Shown: in pieces, positions 24,876-33,924 of the stretch | Position numbering within the stretch: position 1 is the stretch's first letter | Layout: the number at the start of each line of letters is the position of its first letter | Virus record (IMG/VR): IMGVR_UViG_3300022178_000674 | Location: 1-33,924 of that record | Strand: one strand, 5' to 3' | Source of the DNA: a virus | Taxonomy: Duplodnaviria; Caudoviricetes | DNA: 33,924 bases | Notes under the pieces: model-generated | What the model was told of the DNA's origin: nothing | What the model saw: the letters and a program-made list of their open reading frames with translations, nothing else | The model's database searches: none | Position numbers and translations under genes: made by a program

Positions 24876-26740
24876 CTTCTACCATCCGGTCTTACATCTA
24901 ATCTAGGATTGCCTAACCGCCACTTTACACCCGTTGTGTTGCTTTCAACTTTTAAACTCATTTGACGGCCTCGTAAGCGCATCTGAACCTGATCGGTATA
25001 ATTATCTGTACCAGAAACAATAGAAGATCTTACAACATTGCCATTTTCTGTGCTTTGCGTTGCGTTGCCATTATAGTTCCTAGCACCCATAGTAAATGTA
25101 ACTTGTGGCTCTGAAGCTACTGAGTCAGAAAAGTTAAGATCTGGTATAACTCTATTCATAAGCATAAATTGCTGACCATCCCCAATATCAAAATCAGCAG
25201 ACTGAACAAAAGAATTAACAGCGACTGGTGGGTTTACGCTACCATCGTCTAAGCCATTTTCATGGTTATACAAAGCGCCATCTGTACCGGGAGCTTGTGG
25301 AAATAATCTATTACCAGCACCTCTATCATTCCAAGCTGTTCGGGTTAGCGTACCATAATACCAAACTTTCTCTAAGTAGTTATAGATAACGTAACGATCT
25401 ATTTCATCACTACTTTCTGAACAATAATACCACCAAACCTCTGAGTTGCTCGATAGGCTCCCTGCAAAGAACTTAAATGATTGGTTTCTATTTATGTCAT
25501 TAAAAACATATTCTCTGACTGAACATGGAATGGTTTGTATACGTCCATCATATAGATAAAAGTTTTCTTGACCCATCCAAAGAACAATATCGTTAACAGA
25601 AATTGCTGTGTTTGGACCTGCAATCCGAACATTTGTACCAATTAGTGCAGTTCCAAAAGTAAATGGAGCGCCTACAAACTGTACGCTGTGTAAGCTATTT
25701 TCTGTAAAAACAAGAAACTGTCTGGTAGTTCTAATAGCTGTAACTATTTCTGAACCCTGTGATAATCTTATATCGCCTGCTGTATTGGTTGCTGTGGGCG
25801 TCCAATCTAAAACGCTTTCTTGACTCGACCATCTAATTAATAATGGGTCAAATGTGGCACTCCCTAAAGGGTTAGAACCAAAACACAAAACATGTCTATC
25901 AACATCAGAAACCATAACTTTACGAACTGTAGTAGGAACGTTTGAGGCACCTCCAACACCAGAAAGCTCTGCCATTCTAGTTGTTTTTCCGTTTGTCGCA
26001 TCCCAATAATAAAGGCTTCCGTCTACTAAATTAGCAACAAGATCCTCGCCCCAAGAATCAGACATCCACAATCTAAGGTTTTGTCCAGCTAATGACCCTG
26101 CGCCAGAACTCCAAGTAAAACGTCCCCAAGTTCCTGCACCCCAACCATTACCAAGAATAGTCGTGTTAATACCAACATCTATTTCCATAGCGGCGGTAAT
26201 AGAACCACCGCCACCAGCAGTCGAACCAGATGATGCGGCTCCACCTGTATTTACAGTAAAAGAATTACCGTCCGCAGCTACTGTTAGTATTTCAAAGTTT
26301 TGATTTATTTGATCAGCAGTTATACCGTCTACAGTCGTAGCTCCTGCAAGAGTAACATAACCCCCTGCTTTAGAGCCATGTGAGGTAGCTGTTACAGTGA
26401 CTATACCAGATCCTGCTGTGCCTGTTGTGATGGGATTAGAGCCAAGGCTTAATGTTGTGCGAAGAGGCGTAATATCATAATAAGTGCCACCGTCTTCAAG
26501 ATACGCTTTTTCGTGTGTACCCATAAACAAAAAGTTTTCTGAAGCAAGCGTAACGAAGTTAAGCATGTTACGACAAGTACCATCAAAAGTAGTTGTGGCT
26601 ACCTTTTGCCAACCACCAATGCGCTCCACATAGCCAGACTTAAAACGGATTTTATCTCCGTCAAACCAACCCCCTTCGTTAGAGTAGTTGGTGCCCTCTC
26701 GGTTGATTCCCGGTTTGAACTGGAGCTTGCTTAGTGGCAT
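24872..26740 (-). CDS. Tail tubular protein B / head-tail stabilisation protein (P22 gp10-like), 622 aa
   Basis: Beta-propeller-like composition; FKPGINRE..GGWFDGDKIRF start, LIRWSSQE motif, WRLGNPRLDVRPDGRR end. Confidence 0.7.
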   Translation of the reverse strand: MPLSKLQFKPGINREGTNYSNEGGWFDGDKIRFKSGYVERIGGWQKVATTTFDGTCRNMLNFVTLASENFLFMGTHEKAYLEDGGTYYDITPLRTTLSLGSNPITTGTAGSGIVTVTATSHGSKAGGYVTLAGATTVDGITADQINQNFEILTVAADGNSFTVNTGGAASSGSTAGGGGSITAAMEIDVGINTTILGNGWGAGTWGRFTWSSGAGSLAGQNLRLWMSDSWGEDLVANLVDGSLYYWDATNGKTTRMAELSGVGGASNVPTTVRKVMVSDVDRHVLCFGSNPLGSATFDPLLIRWSSQESVLDWTPTATNTAGDIRLSQGSEIVTAIRTTRQFLVFTENSLHSVQFVGAPFTFGTALIGTNVRIAGPNTAISVNDIVLWMGQENFYLYDGRIQTIPCSVREYVFNDINRNQSFKFFAGSLSSNSEVWWYYCSESSDEIDRYVIYNYLEKVWYYGTLTRTAWNDRGAGNRLFPQAPGTDGALYNHENGLDDGSVNPPVAVNSFVQSADFDIGDGQQFMLMNRVIPDLNFSDSVASEPQVTFTMGARNYNGNATQSTENGNVVRSSIVSGTDNYTDQVQMRLRGRQMSLKVESNTTGVKWRLGNPRLDVRPDGRR

Positions 26741-26746
26741 GTAACA

Positions 26747-26932
26747 TTACTCCGCTGCTTGGATCTCGTTGCCGTCTTCTTTTGCCCACTCAAGGATGGC
26801 TTGGTAATGCGCGTTATCAGGCTCAATAGGCACAGACCAAGTTTGCTCACCAATAACTGCTTTGATAGAGTCGTTTTGTTTTGTTCCATCATATAATGTA
26901 ACAGAAATATATTGTGCTGATTTAATGTCCAT
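26747..26932 (-). CDS. Small fibre-associated protein, 61 aa (paralog of 30262-30429)
   Basis: VP..P.N..Y.AILEW...GN.I..A motif. Confidence 0.75.
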   Translation of the reverse strand: MDIKSAQYISVTLYDGTKQNDSIKAVIGEQTWSVPIEPDNAHYQAILEWAKEDGNEIQAAE

Positions 26933-26933
26933 T

Positions 26934-28058
26934 TTATAACTCCGCACTAAAATTAAGCCTAGCCGTGGCATCATTATTAGCTTCGATTCGGTAAGCTCTA
27001 AACTGCGTCATGCCTGAAGCACCTCCCGCAGAAATAATTGCACGTTTTGCACCAGATTGATTGCTAGATATTGTTAACGATGTAATGGTGTAACCAACCA
27101 CTCCGTTACCAATATGAACATTTCCTACTTGAGCTACAGCAGGTATGGTTCTCATAATAACTGGAAATTCTAACAAAGCTTCAAGGGCACCAGTTGTTGT
27201 TGCAGTACCATAGGCGAAAGCTTCATAAACATGAGTGCTACCATCGCCACATGAATAAAAGTACCTTAAACACCTCTGCAACTCATCCCCAAAGGTTCGA
27301 TGCTCAAAGTCCGTGGCGGTGTCGCCTACTTCTAGCTGGACGCCTGTTAAAAGAAAAGTAGCATTCGTAGTCGTTATAACAGCATCCGTTGTACTAGGTT
27401 CACACCAATTTGTAGTGCTATAGTTTGCCCAACCAGACGATGTTGAAGAACCAGAATCAAAATTACTTCCAGCGGCTAAATGCCAAGTAACATAAAGGCC
27501 AACGCCAGAGTCGTCAGTTATACCTCCACCACTTAAAGTATTAGCTTCGAAGGTTATAGTTTTATGCTCCCACGTTGAAGCAGAACTAATTGTGTATGTT
27601 TTATTATGAACTTGTGATGTTAAAGACCCAGCCGAATCATCTTTATACAATCCAATACAAAAAGTGCCTGTTACACTAGACTTTACCCAAAAAGATAAAG
27701 TTACTTTTTTTGCACTACTTGTTCCATAGGCAAGGTGCTGTAAGTTTTGTGCTTCAATTCTTTGACTTATGAAAGCATATTCGTTTGATGCAATAGCACT
27801 TTCAGGAGTTGTTGTCTGAAAGCTAAGACTATTAGCAAACCCATAACCAGATGGCACATCAGTATTTTGTGCAAGATTATAAACTAATTCATCTCTACCA
27901 GTTAAAGTAAAATTAAATCTATCTGTTCCATAAGCATTAGCAGTTAAACCAGTTTGATTCCCTCTTTGATGGACATTCTGTGCCCCATTTATTATAAGGT
28001 TCCTGTTCCCATACTGGTTAACGTTGAGGCCAGCTTCGTTGATTCTTGATACAGCCAT
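26934..28058 (-). CDS. Tail fibre / receptor-binding protein with a carbohydrate-binding-like domain, 374 aa
   Basis: NRNLIING..V.QRG, TLSFWVK and GVQLEVG..AT.FEHR.FG.EL.RC.RY motifs. Confidence 0.7.
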   Translation of the reverse strand: MAVSRINEAGLNVNQYGNRNLIINGAQNVHQRGNQTGLTANAYGTDRFNFTLTGRDELVYNLAQNTDVPSGYGFANSLSFQTTTPESAIASNEYAFISQRIEAQNLQHLAYGTSSAKKVTLSFWVKSSVTGTFCIGLYKDDSAGSLTSQVHNKTYTISSASTWEHKTITFEANTLSGGGITDDSGVGLYVTWHLAAGSNFDSGSSTSSGWANYSTTNWCEPSTTDAVITTTNATFLLTGVQLEVGDTATDFEHRTFGDELQRCLRYFYSCGDGSTHVYEAFAYGTATTTGALEALLEFPVIMRTIPAVAQVGNVHIGNGVVGYTITSLTISSNQSGAKRAIISAGGASGMTQFRAYRIEANNDATARLNFSAEL

Positions 28059-28068
28059 AGCTTAATCC

Positions 28069-28293
28069 TTACTTGTTATCTGCAATCGCTTTGTTAACCG
28101 CAGTCATATCTTCGTCAGTCCAATAATCTTTAGCTACCATCAGTTCTAAATGCTCTACATTTCGTGACTTCATGTCATTCCACACATCATCAGACATCCA
28201 CGACAATTTACTACCATTAAGTATAGTAACAGAATGTAACATTGCCTCATAATTTTTTGCAATCTGTTCTTCTGTTATAGTTTCTTCAGCCAT
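28069..28293 (-). CDS. Small fibre-associated protein, 74 aa
   Basis: SD AAGGA; follows the chaperone-containing fibre gene. Confidence 0.7.
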   Translation of the reverse strand: MAEETITEEQIAKNYEAMLHSVTILNGSKLSWMSDDVWNDMKSRNVEHLELMVAKDYWTDEDMTAVNKAIADNK

Positions 28294-28297
28294 TTGT

Positions 28298-30262
28298 TTA
28301 TCCTTCCAATGTAACTATTCTAGCTTCTAACGCATCATTCTTTGCTGATAGTTCTTGAACTGCTTTAACTAAGTGCCAAGTAATGTTATCAGAATTTACC
28401 CCAAGTACCCCTGTGCTTTCTTCATTAACACACTTAGGTAATACCTCTTGTAGCTCTTGGGCTATGACACTTACTTGTACACCTGATTTGTCAATAATAT
28501 CTGTTTCTTTTAAACCATCAGATTCTATTTCAGAAAGGTCATCTTTAGTTTTGTACTCAAAGTTTCTAACTTTTATTTGGTTAATTTCAGCAAGGCCAAC
28601 AGAACTATCTGTAATGTTTTTCTTTAGTCTACGGTCGGATGTAGTATTCCAAGTAGAAGCGTTGTGCGCTCCATACATACCACTACTTCCCATGATATAA
28701 GCAGTGTTTGTACCTTTACCTACTAACGAACCGATTGTCAGCGAACCAGTGTTGCCTGATGCTGCAACATCAGCGTATGAACCAATAAGAACGTTGCTTG
28801 AACCAGTAGAAAGCTGATTAGCTTGACCACTTGCATAACCAGCAGCGTGACCGATACAAGTGTTGTGACCTCCTGTTGCACCAAACCCAGCATAATGACC
28901 TACAAACGTTCCTGCCGTACCAGTAGTCATTGCTTGTCCTGTGTAAGAACCCACACCAACATTAGATGCTCCTGTGGTTACACTATCAAGTGACCTCCAA
29001 CCGAAAGCATGATTGTTATGACCAGTAGTCTGATTTTCTAACGCTGCATAACCCATAGCAGTTGAATAGCCGCCTGTAGTGCTACTTTGCAGAGCATTGT
29101 AACCGACAGCAGCATTGTTTGAACTTGTCGTATTAAGTTGCAGAGCATTGTGTCCAATAGCAACATTAGTGCCGCCAGTCGTATTAGTGTAAAGAGCAGC
29201 AACACCCATTGCCGTATTTGACCCACCAGTCGTATTACCTTTCATAGCAACAATACCTACAGCAGTATTAGAAGCCCCTGTCGTGTTAGTCTCCAATGTC
29301 TTCCAACCTACGGCTGTAAGGTTCACACCTGTCGTATTGCTGTATGCTGCTTGATAACCAACTGCGGTAAGTTCATTTGCATTATTTGTAAATGCTGCGG
29401 CATGACCGACTGCTGTGTTTTGATAACCCGTTGTATTAGTTTGTAATGCACTCACACCCAAAGCATTATTGGAATGACCAGTAGTAGTATTATACATTGA
29501 ATTTAGCCCTACAGAAGTATTGTTATCGGCTGTAGTAGCTAAGTTAAGGGCTTGGTATCCAATAGCGGTGTTGTAATCTCCAGTAGTGTTAGTTGACAAA
29601 GCCTGATTACCAACAGCAACATTATAGCCACCTGTTGTGTTACTATGTAGTACAGATCTACCGTCTTGACCTTCACTGCCTATTGCTGTGTTGTGAGTAC
29701 CCGTAGTATTAGCTCCTAGGCTATTGTACCCAAGGCCTGTATTGAAGCTTGCAGTTGTATTTACATCTAAAGCCCCAACACCTACTGCGGTATTTTTATC
29801 ACCAGTAGTTATCGCATTTCCTGCTTGGTATCCAATAGTAACATTGTTATTACCACCAGAAGCAATTGAGGCTCCTGCGTCTTCGCCAAGTCTTAGGTTA
29901 TTTGTACCTTTTGACGCTGTAATAATATCTGCACCGTCTGCAAAGGTTACGTCACCAGTAAACGTGCCGCCACTTTTTGCAATGGAGTCATCCATTGACG
30001 CTATGTCATACGCAATCACTTCTAAAGTATCGCTTAACGAAGCAGCTTGTGTTAATACGATGCTCGTCTTTGTACTCGCGGTGTAATCGGTTCCCGGCAC
30101 AAGGCACACGCCATTTAAAAATACGTCAACGTATGCAGAATCTGCGTACTTCAGCGTTTTGCTGTTGTCATCGGCCCCTGAGAACGTGGTCTGGGAGGCA
30201 GTCGCTGTATAGATGAAACGGCTTCTTACACCCGTTCCCGGTTGATTACCTATATATGGCAT
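28298..30262 (-). CDS. Tail fibre with 14-residue beta-roll repeats and C-terminal intramolecular chaperone (peptidase S74), 654 aa
   Basis: About 25 repeats of N-T-T-G-x-x-N-T-A-V-G-x-x-A/L; SDRRLKKNI cleavage motif; LVKAVQELSAKNDALEARI coiled coil. Confidence 0.9.
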   Translation of the reverse strand: MPYIGNQPGTGVRSRFIYTATASQTTFSGADDNSKTLKYADSAYVDVFLNGVCLVPGTDYTASTKTSIVLTQAASLSDTLEVIAYDIASMDDSIAKSGGTFTGDVTFADGADIITASKGTNNLRLGEDAGASIASGGNNNVTIGYQAGNAITTGDKNTAVGVGALDVNTTASFNTGLGYNSLGANTTGTHNTAIGSEGQDGRSVLHSNTTGGYNVAVGNQALSTNTTGDYNTAIGYQALNLATTADNNTSVGLNSMYNTTTGHSNNALGVSALQTNTTGYQNTAVGHAAAFTNNANELTAVGYQAAYSNTTGVNLTAVGWKTLETNTTGASNTAVGIVAMKGNTTGGSNTAMGVAALYTNTTGGTNVAIGHNALQLNTTSSNNAAVGYNALQSSTTGGYSTAMGYAALENQTTGHNNHAFGWRSLDSVTTGASNVGVGSYTGQAMTTGTAGTFVGHYAGFGATGGHNTCIGHAAGYASGQANQLSTGSSNVLIGSYADVAASGNTGSLTIGSLVGKGTNTAYIMGSSGMYGAHNASTWNTTSDRRLKKNITDSSVGLAEINQIKVRNFEYKTKDDLSEIESDGLKETDIIDKSGVQVSVIAQELQEVLPKCVNEESTGVLGVNSDNITWHLVKAVQELSAKNDALEARIVTLEG

Positions 30263-30429
30263 TAATCAGCCTCCTCAATTGTGTTACCTTCAGCTACCCA
30301 TTCGAGGATAGCGGCATAATCAGTATTATTTGGGTCAAGAGGTACAATTAATTCCTTGTCATCTATTGTAACCGTAATACTCTTATTAACTCCATCGCTT
30401 TGAAAGTATTTTGCTGATGTAATATTCAT
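30262..30429 (-). CDS. Small fibre-associated protein, 55 aa (MNITSAKYFQSDG...AILEWVAEGNTIEEAD), not in the ORF track
   Basis: Translated by hand; TAATG coupling; clear paralog of 26747-26932. Confidence 0.8.
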   Translation of the reverse strand: MNITSAKYFQSDGVNKSITVTIDDKELIVPLDPNNTDYAAILEWVAEGNTIEEAD

Positions 30430-30432
30430 ATC

Positions 30433-31539
30433 TTATAACTCCGAACTAAAGTTCATAAATGCAGTATTTGGGTTAGTACCAGAAAAAGGCTCTAGCCAAA
30501 ACGCATCTCCTGCACTTACACTTGTAGCAGTTCCAGAAATTAAAACCGACCTTGGACTTGCCCTTTGCAATCCACCAAATCCACTAGGTAACTCTTCATT
30601 GTTATTGTTTCTTGTTGCCCAAGAACCTCCTGCTGACATTGTTGGCGTAGCTCTCATAGTAACAGGAAAGTAAACAGTTCCAAAAAATGCGTTAGCGCCA
30701 TAAGAACAGCAAGTAATACCTGTTTCATTTCCACCGGTTGCTAATCCCGCTTCTTGAAGTAAATAGTAATACCTCTGACACCGTGCAAGCTCCTCACCAA
30801 ATGACCGATGCTCAAAGGGCGTGGCTTCTGAGCCTACTTCTAGCTGGACTCCTGTGATTTCCCAATCATTACTTGTGCTATCTGCAAAATTTACTTGACC
30901 AGTTGTACTACCTGCATCAGCAGCAGCTTGCCAAGCAGTATATAAAGTTCCAGTGTTTGTGTCTGCTCCAGCGTATAAATTAAAAAATATTTCTAAAGAC
31001 TTGTTATTATCATCATCTAATTTACCAGATGCATCTGCTGGAAAAGTTATACTGTACCTATTCCAATTTGTATTCGCAACTGTATAAGAACCGTTAACTT
31101 TTCTGGTATTATCTCTATCAAGAACTGTTACAGTATACAGACCTGTTTTGTTTGTTTTAACATAAAAAGATAAAGTTGTCGGTACAGCATCAGAACCATG
31201 TCCTTTTTTAAGTCTTTGGCAATCTTGACCCTCCGCAAAATAAGAAACATATCCTTGTTCGTTAGAAGCAAGAGAAGTATCTGCTGTTGTGCAATCTACT
31301 TTTAAAGCGTTAGCAAAACCCTCTAAATCTGTTACACTTGATTGTGTAATGGTAAAAGCTGCACCAGTATTTTGTTTATACATTTGAAATCTATCTAAAG
31401 TATAAACATTGCCAACACTAGCAAACGAGGTTCCTCTTTGCGCCACTTGCATAGCACCGTTGATTATGATGTTCCTGTTCGACAAGGCAGCGTCATTGTA
31501 AGCACCACCTAGTTCAGCTAGTTCTCGTGCCTTGCTCAT
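30433..31539 (-). CDS. Tail fibre / receptor-binding protein, 368 aa (paralog of 26934-28058)
   Basis: Same NRNIIING, TLSFYVK, GVQLEVG..FEHR and NFS.EL motifs. Confidence 0.7.
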   Translation of the reverse strand: MSKARELAELGGAYNDAALSNRNIIINGAMQVAQRGTSFASVGNVYTLDRFQMYKQNTGAAFTITQSSVTDLEGFANALKVDCTTADTSLASNEQGYVSYFAEGQDCQRLKKGHGSDAVPTTLSFYVKTNKTGLYTVTVLDRDNTRKVNGSYTVANTNWNRYSITFPADASGKLDDDNNKSLEIFFNLYAGADTNTGTLYTAWQAAADAGSTTGQVNFADSTSNDWEITGVQLEVGSEATPFEHRSFGEELARCQRYYYLLQEAGLATGGNETGITCCSYGANAFFGTVYFPVTMRATPTMSAGGSWATRNNNNEELPSGFGGLQRASPRSVLISGTATSVSAGDAFWLEPFSGTNPNTAFMNFSSEL

Positions 31540-31542
31540 ACT

Positions 31543-31890
31543 CTACTCTCCTAGTAGCGTGGCTAAATCCAACGCTTTTAATGCGTCTGGGGTCGATGCG
31601 TCTGCAATCTTGCTGTCAGCCGTTACGTCACGAAGCGTTTTCTTCTTAGCAGCTATAGCATCTGCACCAGAGCCAGCTTCTAACGCTTTCATGTAGTCAA
31701 CGTCCAAAGCTTCTAACCTTGGCGCACGTTCTGATCTAAGATTATCTTTGTGGATGTCTCTAGCCTTAGACATATCCACTTCAACAGCGTCACCGTTGAA
31801 TTGCCAAGCACCTCTGAACGTTCTGTCAGAAGGTACTGTTAGAGAAGATGCCTCACGAACATCTCCGTTTATATTGATGTAAGTTGTCAT
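31543..31890 (-). CDS. Putative tail fibre assembly protein, 115 aa
   Basis: PSDRTFRGAW, VDMSKAR..HKDNLR..R.P.LEALDV and KKTLRDVT; ATGA coupling. Confidence 0.6.
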   Translation of the reverse strand: MTTYININGDVREASSLTVPSDRTFRGAWQFNGDAVEVDMSKARDIHKDNLRSERAPRLEALDVDYMKALEAGSGADAIAAKKKTLRDVTADSKIADASTPDALKALDLATLLGE

Positions 31891-32300
31891 TGCATAATTC
31901 TCCATGCGTTTCTAAATGACCGATCACTAGGGATCATTTCAACAGGCACAATCTTTAGGATCGTTCTGTTACCTTTATAGTCTCGCCATACTGACGGGTC
32001 TATATCCTTTTGAACTAAGTATTCTATTGCTTCTTCTTCTGTCATAGCACCGATAGGTTCAGCGTATGGATGCTCTTTAGGCTCTCCATCAGGCACACCT
32101 CTGTCACGCTGGTAAGTCTCTATAGGTGGAAGTATGTCACCCTCTAAAGCAGCAGCCATGAAGTTAGGGTCTGGCACTAATACCTTGGCTGGTTCGTCAG
32201 GTGTGGCTGGGTCTTCGAACAACACACGATACTTCGACTGCACTGGGTCTAGCCTAGTCTTAGCTTCTGCTAACCTATCCCATAGATGTCCGTGGGTCAT
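31887..32300 (-). CDS. Conserved tail-region protein, 137 aa
   Basis: Ends in PSDRSFRNAW, a motif shared with the downstream gene. Confidence 0.7.
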   Translation of the reverse strand: MTHGHLWDRLAEAKTRLDPVQSKYRVLFEDPATPDEPAKVLVPDPNFMAAALEGDILPPIETYQRDRGVPDGEPKEHPYAEPIGAMTEEEAIEYLVQKDIDPSVWRDYKGNRTILKIVPVEMIPSDRSFRNAWRIMQ

Positions 32301-32650
32301 GCTAGGTCTCCTAGAACCATAGTATTGTTTCTCCCAGCATCTGTTGAAGAACCGCTTGAATCAAATGTTGCTATTCTGCAAGAGCCTACAGCATGACCAT
32401 TTTCAGCTAGTTCGCCTAAATTACACGTTGCAAGAATTGCAAAATTTGCATTTCCCATGTTATTGGTAAAATTACAAGAATAACCACCTGTGCCGTGGTC
32501 AGTTAAACTTGCAGTATTAAAGCTATCATTAATAGATATAGTTCCAGTACCTACAAAAAAACACCAATGTTTAGCAGAGCCATTTGTTAGGTTCGTAGTT
32601 GCTACAGTTGTTGTGCCATCGTTGAGGTTGGATACTTCTAGTGTACTCAT
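32297..32650 (-). CDS. Small beta-rich fibre-tip-like protein, paralog 3
   Basis: AKHW..F.GTGT.SI.DS.N..S.TD.GTG.Y..NFTN...GDLA. Confidence 0.75.
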   Translation of the reverse strand: MSTLEVSNLNDGTTTVATTNLTNGSAKHWCFFVGTGTISINDSFNTASLTDHGTGGYSCNFTNNMGNANFAILATCNLGELAENGHAVGSCRIATFDSSGSSTDAGRNNTMVLGDLA

Positions 32651-33003
32651 GCTAAGTCTCCATGTACTGCTGTTCCAGATTGACGGTCTGCTAAAGCTTC
32701 ACTGAGATTATAAGAGTTTATCTTTAAAGACGAAGTTGTTATATCACCGTCTGGTGAACTATATATACGAACAGCTATGTGCCTTGAACCTGTTGCAGAT
32801 TGATATGTGTTATTAGCAAAATTGTTAGTAAAAGTATAAGTTGCTATACCTGTTCCTACATCTGCCATACTAGAAACGTTTACACTATCTTCGATAGATG
32901 TTCCGTCTAAATTTTTTGTAACCCAAGCACCAGCAACTCCTGACACTGCACGACTAGCTGTTTCACCTGTTGCTTTTATGTTTGTGACCGTTATCGTACT
33001 CAT
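32647..33003 (-). CDS. Small beta-rich fibre-tip-like protein, paralog 2
   Basis: Same motif set, ending GDLA. Confidence 0.75.
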   Translation of the reverse strand: MSTITVTNIKATGETASRAVSGVAGAWVTKNLDGTSIEDSVNVSSMADVGTGIATYTFTNNFANNTYQSATGSRHIAVRIYSSPDGDITTSSLKINSYNLSEALADRQSGTAVHGDLA

Positions 33004-33380
33004 GCTAGGTCTCCGTGGGATGATGTCATAACTCTAGAACTGTCTTCATTAGCTAGATTATCATGTCTAACAAATAATATATTTAATAAAGATGCAGTAT
33101 ATGTGCTATCTATATGTTGTGATGTGCTGTTATTTGTAGACGTTGACCTATTATTAGATATTTGAGATGCGTAAAAAGCATTACCCATAGCGCTTGTATG
33201 GGTTTGTGTATATTGTCCAGCGGCAACATCTGTAACACTACTTACATTTAAACTATCTTGGACTGCTATAGTACCTGTACCATTAAGGTGCATCCAAGCC
33301 TTTGCAGCGTGTTGCTTAGTCAGCGTAACAGGGCCAGTACCAGCCGTATCACTTATCGTTGTAACTCGTATCTCAGACAA
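33000..33380 (-). CDS. Small beta-rich fibre-tip-like protein, paralog 1 (likely TTG start at 33380)
   Basis: (M)SEIRVTTI start aligns with the paralogs; GGGGGA SD upstream; ends GDLA. Confidence 0.7.
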   Translation of the reverse strand: MSEIRVTTISDTAGTGPVTLTKQHAAKAWMHLNGTGTIAVQDSLNVSSVTDVAAGQYTQTHTSAMGNAFYASQISNNRSTSTNNSTSQHIDSTYTASLLNILFVRHDNLANEDSSRVMTSSHGDLA

Positions 33381-33852
33381 TGGACAAGTTCCCCCCTGTT
33401 GTGATGGTGATCGTTTTACCACTGGCAACTGCAAGCGGTCCTGTGCAGGAGGCATTTTCTGTTGCGTCTATTGTAACATCACTATTCAGAGTCTGCTCGT
33501 TAATTCTAAAAATATCACCGCCAGCGTTGGTCTGACCAATCTCGCCGCGCTCACCCTTAAACAATCCACCAACTGTGTTTGCCGCTGGAACAATACTAGC
33601 GGCTGGTGGACCTAGATGCACAACGTAAATGTTGCTCGTTCCTGTAGGAGGTGCCGAAGTAAAAGCCAGTGTAGTGCCCACACATGTGTACGCGACTCCG
33701 GGATCTTGGACAACATTCTCCACAACCACACGAAGTGCGTTGTTGTTACCTGCTTTAGACAATGTAAAATCTGTTGTAGAGCCGTCACCACTAAAAGTAT
33801 CTTTCGTGGTGCTTGTGTATGCTACGGCTGGTTCGTTACCTAAATATGGCAT
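33373..33852 (-). CDS. Tail fibre N-terminal/adaptor-like protein, 159 aa
   Basis: MPYLGNEP start resembles MPYIGNQP of the 654-aa fibre; FSGDGSTTDFTL and LAFTSAPPTG motifs. Confidence 0.65.
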   Translation of the reverse strand: MPYLGNEPAVAYTSTTKDTFSGDGSTTDFTLSKAGNNNALRVVVENVVQDPGVAYTCVGTTLAFTSAPPTGTSNIYVVHLGPPAASIVPAANTVGGLFKGERGEIGQTNAGGDIFRINEQTLNSDVTIDATENASCTGPLAVASGKTITITTGGNLSIV

Positions 33853-33861
33853 CTATAGCTC

Positions 33862-33924
33862 CTACGTTGATGTGTCTATCTCAAGTATATCCAAAATCGC
33901 ATCAATTGACGATGCTGTATCAGA
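33862..33924 (-). CDS. 3' end of an upstream structural gene (…SDTASSIDAILDILEIDTST*)
   Basis: Open frame running off the window edge, with a TAG stop at 33862-33864. Confidence 0.6.
   Translation of the reverse strand, partial: SDTASSIDAILDILEIDTST

Noticed and set aside
26747-33380. Diversity-generating retroelement acting on the fibre paralogs
   Set aside because: There is no reverse transcriptase in the window and no near-identical template/variable repeat pair differing at adenines.
11261-33843. Numerous plus-strand ORFs opposite the minus-strand genes (e.g. 11904-12371, 16462-16917, 29724-30086)
   Set aside because: These are shadow ORFs antisense to well-supported genes, with no SD or recognisable motifs. 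Only the RHH gene is retained on the plus strand.
1-33924. tRNA, integrase/att site or alternative genetic code
   Set aside because: No cloverleaf or recombinase was seen, and genes tile the window densely under the standard code with all three stop codons in use.

Overview
This window is about 34 kb of a tailed dsDNA phage genome, probably podovirus-like and infecting a marine proteobacterium (inferred from gene content). From left to right it contains: (1) a GC-rich, repeat-dense non-coding end and a lone terminase small subunit gene; (2) an iteron/IHF-like cis element at 1106-1318; (3) a plus-strand early region (1407-6924) of small genes driven by sigma70-type promoters, with candidate non-coding RNAs; (4) a minus-strand replication/recombination operon (DUF1064 nuclease, AAA ATPase, SSB-like protein, SF2 helicase, Cas4-like Fe-S nuclease, TOPRIM primase-AAA_25 helicase); (5) a lone plus-strand ribbon-helix-helix regulator; (6) a long minus-strand late operon (tail fibre modules, tail tubular/stabilisation protein, lysis cassette with holin-like proteins, thermonuclease and GH19 endolysin, internal virion/ejection proteins). 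I see no polymerase, integrase, capsid, portal or large terminase in the window. The most interesting signal is a non-coding regulatory layer. It includes a plasmid-style antisense RNA plus a 6-codon leader peptide coupled to the primase-helicase start, a stand-alone ~90-nt sRNA complementary to the ribosome-binding leaders of early transcripts, two pseudoknotted RNA candidates, a shared TCCCATA operator-like motif in promoters, and an over-represented CCGAACA motif. All calls were made by eye from the sequence and translations; no database searches or folding programs were run.
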